From NCBI RefSeq assembly GCF_006345805.1, contig NC_043003.1, forward strand, positions 33,604,001 through 33,668,000: DNA of 64,000 bases, given 5' to 3'. Of this stretch, positions 26,476 through 40,900 are shown in pieces. Every line of letters starts with the position of its first letter. Position 1 is the first letter of the stretch. Origin of the DNA: Octopus sinensis (Eukaryota). The notes beneath the pieces are model-generated. The model worked only from the letters and a program-made list of their open reading frames with translations, was not told the DNA's origin and did no database searches. Made by a program: the position numbers and the translations under genes.

Positions 26476-27910
26476 AAAAAAATATATGGACCAAACAGTT
26501 TGATTCCAATTTGTAGATATTCTTGAGTTTCAAGCGTGATGCTAGTCTTCCGCCATTTCATACAATTTTCTACGAAATGAAATAAGCGCAGCATGAATGC
26601 TCGATGAAGCTGCCGGTAACGTTCAATTTACAGCTGTAGTATATTCAACACTTACATTAACAATGCCTACTACGCCAAAAATGAATAAAAATGTGAGAGA
26701 AAAAACACGCCAAAATACATCAAACTGTTGATGATACTACAAAATATCAGAAGCATTAAAGTTGAACTTAGGGAGCAGGCGATGTTGACAAAAATACAAC
26801 CAGCATATTGCAACCGGATACATAAAAAGCAAATATATTTTGAATGAAAGGGTTTGTGCATTTCATGTCCGTTTATACAAATACCCATATATTTTATATA
26901 TCCGTACAATATTATCTTAATGTAGTTTTTAAATGTCCCGAATCCCTTAAAGCGTGTGTAGATTTCTTTCTAGCATTCAGAGACTATACTCAGGTCTACA
27001 AAATATATGGCTTCCGAGAATGTAAACCAAGTTATATCAATTTATCTAGGACAGTACAGCATGAAAGTTTATGCCTCTTTTCTCGACACACTGAACGCAT
27101 CAGCCATTACCATCGCTTTCACAGCAAAAATATCGATTCGATTTTCTGTAGTTTATATTCAACAGCATAAACACAGTGCATTTATATGTACACGCGTACA
27201 TTTACACACATATGTATGTATGGATATATATATTATGTGTGACTGTGTGTTTATTCGTGTGTATGTATGTGCGTATGTATATATGTCAGTTTGCATGTGT
27301 GTGTGTGTTTGCATAAATACAGGTATAAACGCCATATTTCTCTCTCTCTTTCACTCTCTGTATATAAATATATATATATATATGTATGTATATATATATA
27401 CGTGTATATATATGTATGTATATATATATACGTGTATGTTTTGCATCCTCTCATATATATATATGCATGGAAATATGCAATCGTTCACACATATACCCAC
27501 GCATGTGCGAACCCACATATTCCACATACACATTGATCAGTCAAATACACTGCAGCGCGACATACATATATCTGTGTATATGTGAATATATAGATGTATG
27601 CATATTATATGCATTCATATGAGTGTGCATGCAGGTATGTATGTATATACGTTGGTATAAAACCGTAAATTTGAAGAATAGTCGAAGTATACTCTCCCGG
27701 CGGTATTCGCTCGGCGTAATAGGGAAAGACAGATAAAACAGTGATGGTAATGACATACGATTTACATCCGAAAGTAAACCTGTACGCTGTGGCATTCCCT
27801 TATTGGTAATGTGGTATTTGTTGTTAAACTTCAGTGACAATTTGTAAATGAATAAATAAGTTAAATCTTGCTAAAATATTCAGTTTTCCTCTTATACTTG
27901 CTTGCATGTT

Positions 27911-27969
<59 letters not shown>

Positions 27970-28013
27970 GTCTATCTATTTATCTATATATCTGTATAGC
28001 TAGTTGTCTATTG

Positions 28014-28052
<39 letters not shown>

Positions 28053-28870
28053 ATGTGTAATCTATTTGTTCAAGATATATATATCTATATATATATATAC
28101 ATACATATATATACATGTATATATATATACATGTATATATATATATATACATATATATATAAATATATATATATATATGTGTGTGTGTGTGTTTGTATGT
28201 TTGTTTGTATATTTATACCGATATAGACAGTACCATTTAGATAGGTGGTCACCTATGTAGCTAGCTATTCACTAATCAAATACGTAGTAACATAGCTACA
28301 ATCCACCCTTATTATTTATCATTTTTACCGTTACAGTTCAGGAAATCAGCGTGTGGTATCAATGATAATCTTACAAACTGGCATAAGCATATTGATTTTT
28401 AGCTGTAGCTTAGTGTCGTTATGTTTAAGGAAAACATTAAAGGTATTCACAGTATCTAATGTTTTATAGGATCTTCTCTGGATGTATATGATAGATATTC
28501 TGGTTATTCTTGAGGAGTTCAAACTACACCGAAACGCACGCGTCCAACAATCTATTGACATTATTCATAGTCCCTCTTGTGCTTTCATAAATGCCTAAGA
28601 TGAAAATTTACTCACAGAAATCTGTCTACACTAACGTACTGAATATGATTACACCAAAATATATAATATCAGTTTGAATATCGCTTATTCTGCGCAGAAC
28701 TTTCACGTGTATTTATTTCACTCCTACAAAATTTTATGATTTGAGATTTTGAGTCAAGCTATTATAACACAGACATTAAATCATAGAATTGAGTTTCTTT
28801 TTCATTGCTAGTTGGTATATACATATACATACATACATACATAAGGACATACATACCTATATTTATATAT

Positions 28871-28949
<79 letters not shown>

Positions 28950-29744
28950 CATGTATATATATAAAATACATACTCATCCCCCACAAACACACACACACAC
29001 ATATATATATATACGTATATATATATTTACATATATATATATATATATATGTATACATTTATATTTATTTATATATACACATATGTACGTATGCATATTT
29101 GTGTGTCTGTGTGCCTATGTGCATTTATGCATGAAATGCTTGTAAGTAAGATTTATATGCATATATATGCATGCTGCAACAATGACAACAATTTCTACTA
29201 TCCATGCATAAGAAACTTTGTGACATCTTCCTATGTAAATTACAACTGGGTCATTGATTTTGGAATAAACAAATTTACTACACACGTCCTGTAAATGTTT
29301 CCATGAAATGCAGCACTACTAGAAATCAACCAACCGTTGCTATGATCTTTTATATACCATTTAGGCTGTTATTATCAAAAGTCCTTTATACATTAACGGT
29401 GACACTGTTCTTCACAACATTTAATTGCAGCATGTGAGTGATATGAACAAATGTAACAGGAACAGTTTGTTTTCTGATTTTCTTACGTTTCACTGCGAAT
29501 GTCATTATGTGACGTGGATGAAGAGCAATAATTCCCTTGTTTTAGACGAGTTGTGTCAAGAAGTAAAAGTTTATTATGTGATATTCCTTGAGAAGACGAA
29601 ACAAATTCTGCAAACAAAGCTCTTAGAAACATTTCTGCTGTGCATCATTAATGATACTCACGCATAAACACATGCACACACTTAAACACAAAAGCCAACA
29701 AACTCACACGCATAGACTCACGCATTAGCAAAGGTATATTAAAC

Positions 29745-29777
<33 letters not shown>

Positions 29778-29811
29778 AATATCTTTATGTATGTATATGT
29801 ATATATATCTA

Positions 29812-29884
<73 letters not shown>

Positions 29885-29899
29885 CTCTCTCTCTATCTA

Positions 29900-29964
<65 letters not shown>

Positions 29965-29977
29965 GTATGTATATACA

Positions 29978-30260
29978 CGACCTTTTTGTGAGCACAGTTT
30001 GTGACAGACCATACCTTTTTTCTGCAGGTCTCATTTGCGAACACATGGAAAACGAACGTCAACCAACTATTCTGCCCATGTGTCTGTGCATACATTTCAA
30101 TGCAATGTGTGCCAGAAGGTCTGCAAATCTAACGGAGGCCTCAAAAGACATTTTAAGATCCACAAAGATCAGAACAAAGAATACTTGAATGACATAACCA
30201 GTAATTACAAAGACACTAAATTTCAAACCTGCTGTATTTGTCAAACGAAACATTAACTAC
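29978..30260 (+). pseudogene. C2H2 zinc-finger relic (one intact and two broken fingers), probably the C-terminus of an RTE-type LINE
   Basis: FQCNVCQKVCKSNGGLKRHFKIH at 30095-30163. Upstream frameshifted FVSTVCDRPYLFSAGL..RTH and downstream CCICQ; no TGEKP linkers; starts directly at a microsatellite. Confidence 0.6.
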
Positions 30261-30599
30261 AAAGATATCGTAATCGATGAACACTCACATAGTTATGCGA
30301 TATATTTTTAGAACGTTCTATCAATTCAGAAGTGGAAATAAAATAAAAATTTAGATTAGAAAAATGTGTCAATACAAAATTGAAGAGAGAAATATTAAAA
30401 GTAACTACACGTCATTTTGCTTAAACGAACTACAAATAAGGTAATATGAGCAAAAACTGATTAAGAATTACTTATAAATTAATTTATTCACCCACCGATG
30501 AATAAAAACTTTAAGCTGGAATATTAAAGATGCATTATATTAAACTTAAACTTAAACTAAATGCTAGTAAGAATGTAATTAATACTGTTGATGTTATAA

Positions 30600-31730
30600 T
30601 CACCATATTCTTAACAGAAATCTACGGGAATTGTCAGAGCTGAACAGGAAAAGCATGAAGTTAATCACAGCATTAGGAATACACATCGCCAAATCTAATA
30701 CACAATGATTATATAGGAAGTGACTTCTGCATGTAGAAAATTATAATAAAATATCTACCACAGAAGTGCAAATAAATTTAATAAATAAACAGAAACCTAA
30801 AATTTATGAAGGAAACGAAAAATTGTTTTCTATCCTGAAGGAAGAAATGGAATATGAAACAGCCACTAAGGCAACGGATATCTGGGGTGAAAGGTTATGA
30901 TGAAGAAATAACAACAAAAGCAAATAAAAATATTTAAAAAGTAATAAGGTGAAAATAGGATTGCAAAATGCATGCTGAGTTAGTAAAAAAGAATCCCTTA
31001 CGTGCCCAATAGCGTCTACGAAATGATAAAAATGAAAGAAATACAACATTATGTAAGGGGTGGGGCATTCAAGCAAGATCGAACGATTTCTGATTGCATC
31101 AAGAAAGCTGAAGCTTTTGCGTCATAAATTACCAAAACCTATAATACAGCAGAATGTTAGAACGGAACTGGAACACAAGGCTACATTCGGATGTTTTGTG
31201 CGAATAATTTATCATGCTGGCTTTTGGCTGCTCTGACTTAATAGAAAAAGAATTTATTTAGTCATGATATATTTCAAGATTTGATACACACAGAAATGTA
31301 TGCCCGTGTTATGAATTATCAGCGTAGAAAAATGGTAATGCTATCTTCCACCACAAAAGATCTTAGATTATAACAAAGACGCCATACACTTGGACATGTC
31401 AATTCTTAGGGTTAAGAAAAAGATCAGATATTGTCAAAGGCTACCAGGAAAGAAGTGTCCCATGTATCAATCCCACTATACAAAACGTATAACAAAAAGA
31501 AAAAAAGAGAAATAAACCAAATGTAAAGACCGTGAAATAATGAGAACCAGAATAAATGAATTGAACACGAAAACAGTTCTGGTAATAAAAGGTTTCTTCA
31601 GAATTATCTATTAAAATGCAGGCAAGTATCTAACCGAAACCGTACGTCTTACACATAAGCACAAACTACAGACGGTGCTACTTTAGCATACGATTTATTG
31701 CAGTGTCCGTAGTGTACTCTGAGAAATTAC
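30600..31730 (+). pseudogene. Highly decayed 3' part of an RLE-type (R4/Dong-like) non-LTR retrotransposon
   Basis: Peptides in order: FGCSDLIEKEFI*..HD (cf. SGC..LA..EY..RHD), EKW*..PQKILDYNKDAIHLDMSI (cf. ILWD), SDIV (cf. RPDIV), VSIP, EK*TKCKDREI (cf. EK..KY.DL). 5' limit is approximate. Confidence 0.6.
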
Positions 31731-32369
31731 TTGATTTGGATTAGGATTTGCGTTTAAGTTTGGGGTTTATGTTAGTGTTTAGGATATGTGTTTAGTGTTA
31801 GTGTTTAGAGTTCGAACTTTGTTATAGGGATAGGGTTTGGATTTGAGTTGTAGTTATAAAGTGTAAATGGGCAGTCAGAACGCACGATCAAGTGGCCTTT
31901 TACAGAGAACAATATTTCAATATTTAATTTTGCTTGCAATAGCCGGTTTATTTGGTAAACTATCGTATCTGAAGCTGCTTCATATGCTAAGATATGAAAA
32001 TTGTCAAAGTGTAGTACAACGGTTTAAAATTTTTTAAAACTGCAGCATACGATAGTTTCCAAAAATATTTCTGACTGAAAATATCCATGCATGGAGATAG
32101 AATTTTATGCACCCAACAAAGTATTATTGTTAAGCTGAAACTGTTGCTAATGTAAAAAGAAATGCAATTGTGAAACAATGATTACCTTTTCTCTGAAAGT
32201 AACGTTTTGGACAAAACTTTTACATAATAGCAACGATATGAAGATCTACAAGTGGAGTTTTGGTATTTTTGTTGACTATTACAATTGAAAGTAATCGAGT
32301 TCGAACGAATCATAAATATAGATGAGTGTTTACATACATGCATACATACGTATCTATCTATCTGGCTTC

Positions 32370-32470
<101 letters not shown>

Positions 32471-32485
32471 TTATCTATCTAACTA

Positions 32486-32546
<61 letters not shown>

Positions 32547-34462
32547 TTATAAATGTAAGTATATATGTATATATGTATATAGATATATATAGGTATATGT
32601 ATTTGCGTACGCATACACACACATACATACATACATACATAGAAGTTTAGTGCATACTTTTGCCTAATTCATTTTACTCGTGACGACTCAAACGAAATAT
32701 CTTATTTAAAATCTTGAAAGATGACTTTCGTTCTTCTAAAGTTTTTTTTAAAAAAGTAATTGGTAAGTTATAAGTTTAATTAACTTATTTTCAAGCATTT
32801 CATTGTCCATATTTGAAGTGGTGTCTGTTGATTGTTCTAAAGTAGATTGTATTGTCATTTGCTGAAAAAAGTGTATTGGCTTTTTAATTCTTATAATACT
32901 TTCGATTTTACATATCATACGCGACATTTATATTGTGATTTTCAGTATATATTTGTTCGTGAGTTTGTATGTTAGTGTGAGATGTGAGCCTATACATGTA
33001 TGATGTGTATGACTAATCTCAAATTTTATGTAGATATTCAAATATATTTGAAGAAGCAAATGAAGAAAAACTAGAAAATGAAAATGAAAATGAAAATCAA
33101 AAATTAGAAAGAAACTCTATCTATAATCATATCAACTTTGGGTTAAACAAAGATAAATTAAAATAAGCAGATAGGTACATTATAGTGTGGTGATCGTTTC
33201 ATCGTTTCTCGATTTTATCGTTCACGTCTTCAGACCGTTGCATCAAATAGCTTCTCTGAACTTGCTACGAAAGAAAGAAACTGGCAGGTTAAAAGGTTAG
33301 CCAATGAATTATGAGTCAAACACAAATATTTGACATATCATTTCCTTCTTCTCTCATGCAAGCTAACATCCCTTTCGCAGCTTTATTATTTCTAAATTTT
33401 TCGATTCAAATCTCTTTCATTCTTTTTTCTTTCTTTTCAGTTATTTTCCCTTTTCTTCTCGATCGTTCTTTCCTTTCTACTGCCGTTGTTTATTTTCGTG
33501 CGCATTTGTTTTTTGGGATTTTGTGTGTGTGTGTGGTGTGTGTGTGTTTATTTCTTGCTGCATCTCTTTCATATGGTGGTGGTCTGTTGTGGTGGAATAA
33601 TACCAAGATTTAACTTTCTCAGATTCATGTTTTTTCGAATTTATGTCCATGGCATGTTAAATATTGACGTCTTGGGATTTTTTTAGGAATAAGGGAGGTG
33701 TGTTGATATTGTAAAAAGCAAACATACACGCACACACACGTACATACACAACCACACACATACACACGCAACATATAGAGACACAAAAACACACGCTTAT
33801 TATATATGGTGGTGTAGTCATCATCCCATGCAGGAGACGTGCATCTCGACTGTTTTTGTGAACTTCTTCAGATTCTCAAGCATGTTTCCTGATTATTGGT
33901 CATTAGTGGTTGAGAACTAGCAAATATATAAATTCCTAGTTTAAGGAGATGAGCAGCATTAGAATATGTAGGAGAGGAGGGAAATCCCCAGCAATAGCAA
34001 ACAACATGAAATGATGGTGATGATGATGATGATGATATTTGCAGTGGTGGTATTTCTAGTGGTGGCGGTCGTTGTGATTGTAGATATTGTGTCGACACAA
34101 TGATAATGCTAGTTGCGGGAACGGTGTTGATGTTGGAGGTGGTGTTGGAGTTGGTGGTGCTATAATGGTAAGTTTGGTTTTGATGATGGCGTGTAGGAAA
34201 AAAAAAACTTCAAGACTAATATTAATAACTATAACCATTTGACCCTCTGGAAATTCACAAGAAGCATTACCTACTCACCATAAAATGTTCATAAAGAGAA
34301 TATCTCTCTCTCTCTCGCAGTCTTTCTATCTATCTATATGTATGCATGTATATACATATATATATATGTATGTATATATGTATGTATACACACACACAAA
34401 GACACACACACACATACACATACATACATATATATATACATATATGCATATATGTAAATATT

Positions 34463-34548
<86 letters not shown>

Positions 34549-34552
<4 letters not shown>

Positions 34553-34753
34553 AACAAGAGACTATGGCATTACAACCAGCCAGGAACAGTCTTCGCTACA
34601 TTTGCGGTACCTGCCAGAGGGAGTGTTTGTCCAGGATAGGACTACACAGCCACAGCAGGAAATGTATCAGGACATGAAATATAAAAGCCGGACTAGACTA
34701 CTTTATGCGCAACTCCATTGTCTCCCGAGACAGAAAGAATGCCAACCAACCAA

Positions 34754-34755
<2 letters not shown>
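34549..34755 (+). mobile_element. 5'-truncated RTE LINE 3' end inserted in (TA)n
   Basis: [23 protein letters not shown] (the SRIGL.SH finger typical of RTE ORF ends; stop at 34677), 3' hairpin tgtctcccgagaca, and (CCAA)n tail. Confidence 0.8.
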
Positions 34756-34793
<38 letters not shown>

Positions 34794-35299
34794 ACAAACA
34801 CACAGGAGGGAGAGCGATATCCCTTTCGCCACGATCGTTGCCATAACTACCAAAAATAAACTAGCGCCACTGTTTACACTCTACCACCACCACCACCACC
34901 ACCACCATCACTGCTATCGCCACCACTACCACCGTTAATACTGAATGCCAAAAACAAACATGACACTACTCCCACCATCACCTCCATGACCACCAGCATT
35001 TTGCATTACCGCCACTCGTTCTTTGCATATGACTTTTACATTTCATTCTCTTTTTCATTCTCTCACATTTTCTCTTTCGGTATCTAGATTTCTCTCAAAT
35101 ACCTTCTCTTTCTTTCACTCTCTCTCTCCGTCTCCCTCTCTCCATTCTATATTATGATCGCCATCCTCACCTTCAACATCACACCAACTATGTGGTAACT
35201 AATAGGCTCCCTTTTACTTCAGTTATTTCTGTTACATAGTGATTCATACGAAAGCTGGGTAGATGAAGACGTTTCTTTGCAAACAACGGTACTAACGGG

Positions 35300-35467
35300 A
35301 AAATAATAATAATAAAGATGATGGTTATGATGATGATGATGTTGCTGCTGCTGCTGCTGATGATGATGATGATGACCATAATAATAAAAATAATAACAAT
35401 AATAATAATAATAATAATGATAATAATAATAATAATAATAATAATTATAATAATTATAATAATAATT

Positions 35468-35498
<31 letters not shown>

Positions 35499-35521
35499 TA
35501 ATAACGACGATGATGATGCTT

Positions 35522-35588
<67 letters not shown>

Positions 35589-35615
35589 CGATGATGATGA
35601 TGACGATGATGATTT
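35300..35615. repeat. Compound trinucleotide microsatellite (GAT)n(GCT)n(AAT)n(GAT)n
   Basis: Seen directly. Confidence 0.95.
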
Positions 35616-35619
35616 AAAA

Positions 35620-35790
35620 ATTAGGCCCACAGCCTGTAATTTAGACGAGGTGGTAAGTTGATTTCATCGACCCCAATCTTCAGCTGGTATTTATTTTCTC
35701 TATTCCTAAAGGATACGAGGTAAAGTCGACCTCTGCGGAAATTTAACTCAGAACGTAAAGGCAGACGAGATGCTGCTAACCATTTTGTTT
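35620..35790 (-). mobile_element. Decayed SINE family A (old variant)
   Basis: catcgacccca..ctggtatttattt..aaaggata..aaagtcgacctctgcggaaatttaactcagaacgtaaaggcagacga. Confidence 0.65.
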
Positions 35791-36275
35791 ATTCCTAAAG
35801 GCCAGTAGTTTAGTGGAGAATAAAGTAGTTGATACCATCATCTCTTGTTTTTGACGGGCATCTTATTTCAGGGACCCTATAGGTATGCAATGCAAAGATG
35901 ATCATAGAAGTATTTACAATCAGAAGGTAAATAGCAGAAGGAAACACCGTAAGTTCAATGCGCTATCGATCCTGCTAATCAGCAATTTAATTAGTTTTTA
36001 TCGTAAGAATTGAGATGAAAAGAAAATCATTTTCGAGACTTTGAGTTATTTTGGCGCTTAATCTTAAATCCTACTTTCCAGATGAATTATTTGTTATTCG
36101 TATAACATTCTACTGAATGCAAAAACACTAGCATTGGTAACTTGTTAGAAATATCATATGTGCTGGGTTTCAACTTTTGTTAATTGAATCCAGATTCCAG
36201 GGAAGGTATTATATTTGTTAAATATACAGACACACACACACAGATGTATATATGTATTATGTGTGTGTGTGTGCG

Positions 36276-36352
<77 letters not shown>

Positions 36353-36964
36353 ATACCTGTTGTGCGTTATGTTGCTCTATTAATCTATGTATTCGCTTTG
36401 TAATGCTTCATCCTTCCCCGCACTTCTACACATGTAACTCCTGCACTCGGCTCGATAGATTGAACTTGACTCACCCAATAGCTTCGTATAGATCAATGAT
36501 ATCCAGGAGTGAAATGCCGTCCACTCACAATAATCGAATACCATGGAGAATATCAACCCTCTATACCGTTCTCCTTCTTCCACCTTTTCATCCATTCTCT
36601 CATCCCTTTTCTTATCTCCCTGTCTCCGCTCTCATCTGTCTCTGTTTCTGTGCATATGTCTTCTATATTCTATATCATCGCAAACAAGACAGTTCCATCT
36701 TTCATATTAATCATAGCGGTTAAAGCAGCAGGTGCAACAGTAGTGAATGTAACGATAATAACAGCATTAGGAACAGCAACGGAACATGCCTGCTCCTCTC
36801 TCTCTCTCTCTCTCCCTCTCCCTCTCTCTCTCCCTCCCTCTCTCCCTCTCTCTCTTTCCTTTCGTTCATTCTATTTCTCTGTATTTATGTATGTATTCAT
36901 GTATGTATGTGAGTGAGTATGTATATAAATACAAACGCATATGCAGATATATACATAGTACACA

Positions 36965-37145
36965 TAGGCGTAGGAGTTGCTGTGTGGTAAGTAGCTTGCT
37001 TACGAACCACATGGTTCCGGGTTCAGTCCTACTGCGTGGCACCTTGTGCAAGTGTCTTCTACTATAGCCTCGGGCCAACGAAAGCCTTGTGAGTTGATTA
37101 GGTAGACGGAAACTGGAAGAAGCCCGTCATATATATGTATATATA

Positions 37146-37200
<55 letters not shown>

Positions 37201-37413
37201 GGTATATGTTTGTGTATCTGTCTTTGTCCCCCTAACATCGCTTGACAACCGACACTGGTGAGTTTACGTCCCCGTAACTTAGCGGTTCGGCAAAATAGAC
37301 CGATATAATAAGTACTAGGCTTACGAAGAATAAGTCCTGAGGTCGATTTGCTCGACTAAAAGGCGGTGCTCTAGCATGGCCACAGTCAAATGACTGAAAC
37401 AAGTAATAGAGTA
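36965..37413 (+). mobile_element. Full-length SINE family B
   Basis: taggcgtaggagttgctgtgtggtaag..ggttcagtcc head, internal (TA)n/(TG)n, tail gactgaaacaagtaatagagta. Confidence 0.9.
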
Positions 37414-37864
37414 TAGGTTAACAACAGCGCATCCGTGGCAGAATATCGGTGGAGTTTGTCAGTAAGTTTGGCATTAGTAAAATTTCACATTTTTGAATTA
37501 GTACGCTTTTTGGAGAAGAGCTACTGAAACTTCGATCAAAGTTGATTGTGTTTCAAGTAAATAAAAACATCATTTTCTTTGGGCTTGTTTCTAGTGAGCT
37601 TTCGAAGCAATGGAAATAAAAATTTGTGTGCAATAAGTAGTTTCGTATTTGAGGCTTGTATTTTAGTATTACAGCTTCCAATGTCCGCGTGTATGAAGAA
37701 AATTTACATACGCACATGCTTGTTCGAACTCTGATATAAGTACACATATAAGCACACATGCATGTGTTGTTGTGTGTAATGCTTTGTGTCTGATTATTTT
37801 TTGGACGATTATTCTGTTGCCCACATAGACCTTCTAGCCATCAGGTTTTTCATGCATATATGCT

Positions 37865-37935
<71 letters not shown>

Positions 37936-38365
37936 GTCTGTCTGTCTGTCTGCCTGAGCAGGTCTATGATCCAATCCTTGCAGAGATGAGTGCCATGACG
38001 GCCTTCATAATATACAGGTTTACCATGGTTAAGGCATTCCTTCTCTTTTAGCATGATCGTTCGTGGTATGAGGGATTTTCATTGATATTTCTTGTAACAC
38101 AAATACTCAACCAGAAATTCCTGAATTTCTTAAGTTTGTTACTGTGGACCATGTTCCTCTTATTTGCTCATAGTCACTGGTTTTTCTCCTGTTCTTTATA
38201 ATTAAAGCTTTATTTTTCATTTTACTCTTTCATTCTCCTTTGTTTTTACTCATATCCCTCTGTTAGTATCCCTTCCGAAACATGTATTTTCTATACCTGT
38301 TTCTATCCGTTTTTAATTTGGGAATGAAATCATATTTTCCATTCAACATATTAGCTACCTTAGAT

Positions 38366-38897
38366 CAGTGTTTCCCAACATGGGCTGCAGGAAAATTAGG
38401 TTGGCGCTTGCCTTAGCGTGGGTAGTGATAATTTTTGCAAGTGACTAGAGCGAACACTTATCGACCCTAAACTTAACTTTGCACATTGAAATTTTAAAAA
38501 AAAAAGAAACCAAATCGCCATGCAAATGCTTCGAATCCCGTCTTTCTATGCTGTGCAAACATCGTCATCTCCATCGCTTCCTTAGATTTGTATTAGCCCT
38601 TTTTAAAATGAGTAAAGAAAAGCAAGAAGACTCGTCAATTTTCGGTAGAGTTTTTGAAGTTTTGGTTTATTCCCAGTGAACATGATGAAGGTAAACCGTT
38701 CTGCTTATTGTGTTTATTAGAAAAGAAGCAATGAGCAATGAAGTCAGGCAGGTTAAAAGCGCACTTGAATTAAAAATCGTGTTTCTATATTTAAAAAACA
38801 AATTGATGGGCACCAGATTTTTTGTTATTAAAAAGTGGGGCACCGGAAAATTTGTTATTAAAAAGTGGGGCTCCAGAAAAAGGGTTCTAAAACACTG
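38366..38897 (+). mobile_element. Non-autonomous hAT (Charlie/Buster group) deletion derivative retaining the BED-finger coding region
   Basis: TIRs cagtgtttcccaac / gttctaaaacactg; 8-bp TSD ccttagat / ctttaggt. Peptide KKTRQFSVEFLKFWFIPSEHDEGKPFCLLC..*AMKSGRLKAHL; 30-bp subterminal repeats tttgttattaaaaagtggggc. Confidence 0.8.
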
Positions 38898-39832
38898 CTT
38901 TAGGTAGACGGATAGCGAAAATTTTACTAGAATATGGTCAGAGTTGCTTGTAGCAAAATTCCAGCCATTTATCTGGTATGTTGTTTTATTATATACTTGG
39001 CACATAAACCACTGGGTGCAGATTGAGACTGTTGGATGAGAAAATTCTGAGATGGAAAGTTAGATTAGTTTCATCCCATATTTCTCTACCTATCTCTTCA
39101 TCTATATATATCCATTTCCGTTATTTTCCATACTAGTGGAATAGAACTAAACTATTAGACATGAACACTCAACATTCATATTGTTGTCCTCCGTTTCTAC
39201 CTCCGCATCATCACCATTTCCCCGTAGTATTTCTCATTTCCTATTTTCACTTACATTCACATCCCCATCACTTTCTTACTCTTCCACATAACTTCTTACT
39301 CTTCCTTGTACTCTGCTTCTTCCCCGTATCATCCTTCATTTTCCCTATAAACAACTCAACAGGATATTGATCTTGCTGTTTCTTCTCCTCATCCTTACCA
39401 CCCCGTCGTATTCCCCCACCTTCTCCTACTCCTCACCCTCCTACTCTGCACCCTCTCCTACTTCCCATCCCTCTTACTCCCCACCCCCTACTTCCAACCT
39501 CTCCTACTTCCCCGCGTTCTCCCCCACTCTCACTCTTCCTTCTCCCCCATCATCATCATCATCAACTTGTTCTTTTGCTTCTTCCCATTCTTCTTCTCCT
39601 CCTTCACCTTTTCTTCCACCTCCTTTTGTTGTTTTCTCTTCTTTTCTTCCTCATACTCTCCCTTCTGCTCTTCCTCATTCTTCTCCTCATTAAGCTGTGC
39701 TATCTATAGTCTATTGTCTCTTGTTGATGATGATAAGGGCACGAGTATTTTTCATCTCTCGATTGACTTGCAACACGTATAAGTTTCATGACGAAGGTAA
39801 AGTTGCAAAAAGAGGAGGAGAAGGAAAAAGAA

Positions 39833-39876
<44 letters not shown>

Positions 39877-40559
39877 GTAGAAATTTTGCTGGTTTATTGT
39901 TGATGCTGATATTCATGACCGTAATCGTGATCATAATAAAGATACAGAAGGAAGAGAAAGGAGGTGATCCATCTCTTAGTTTCTTGAATTAAGGTTTCTC
40001 ATTTCTATTTTGTATATTTTATGGTATTCTCTTCCCCACTCTTTGGATTTAGGGATGATGGTGAAGGTGGGATCGTAGCGCTGATGTTGGCTTGTGGTGA
40101 TGTTGACGATGGTGACGATGTCAACGATGAAAATGATAATGCTGACGACGATAATGATAATAGCGACAGTGATAAAGACGATAATAATAATGATAACTGT
40201 GATAATGACGATGTTAATAGGACCGCATTCCCTTCATATTCTTTCTTCGATGCCTGCACTCTTGAGAACTGTCTTAATCTTTTTCCGTGCTCCTCTTATG
40301 CACTTCACAATCCAATCTAACCTGCACTACTTAAACACAAACAAACACACATTCGCTCACACACATGCACAATAAAACATACAGACACAAACATACAAAG
40401 ATAAGAAGCCAAATACACATTTAGAAGCATACGCTTCTCACATTACATATATAAATGCATGTGCAAATACACCGAGGCAACATATGATACTAGACAATAT
40501 TATACAAGTAACCTATCCGTATTACTGCATTAGTATCCAAACCAGCTATCCTACCACAA

Positions 40560-40606
<47 letters not shown>

Positions 40607-40704
40607 GGAACACGCACAGGCTCTTGAAAGTACAGCCAGATTGTTACAGAAACATGCTAAAATAATATATGATTTACAAAACTCTGCAATGTATCAATCT
40701 CGCC

Positions 40705-40900
40705 ATGGTTGCTCTCCCTAATAGAAATAACAGACAACGTCTTCAAATCTCACATCACTCCGCTTTAAGTAAGGAAAGGGATTATAAAATACGTGTCAGT
40801 AAAAAAAAAAAGACAAGATATTCACCGATGGAATGCTTTTCATCATATGTCTGCTAAATTTGCTGTATCTGGTCGATTAGTGTCGACTTATGTTTAAATA
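40705..40900 (+). repeat. Old dispersed repeat (related copies at ~44105-44340, ~52690-52800, ~59262-59450)
   Basis: Shared order of motifs tagaaata(g/a)cag..aaat..tcaaatc..ggataat..tagat..gga(a)tgc(c)ttt(g)atcat; highly diverged. Confidence 0.4.

Noticed and set aside
31735-31860. Telomere-like (TTAGGG) relic
   Set aside because: Only loosely periodic GT-rich sequence; true TTAGGG units are essentially absent.
39370-40215. Pro/Ser-rich and Asp/Asn-rich ORFs
   Set aside because: Decayed (CCT/CTT)n and (GAT/AAT)n low-complexity sequence with no splice or domain evidence.
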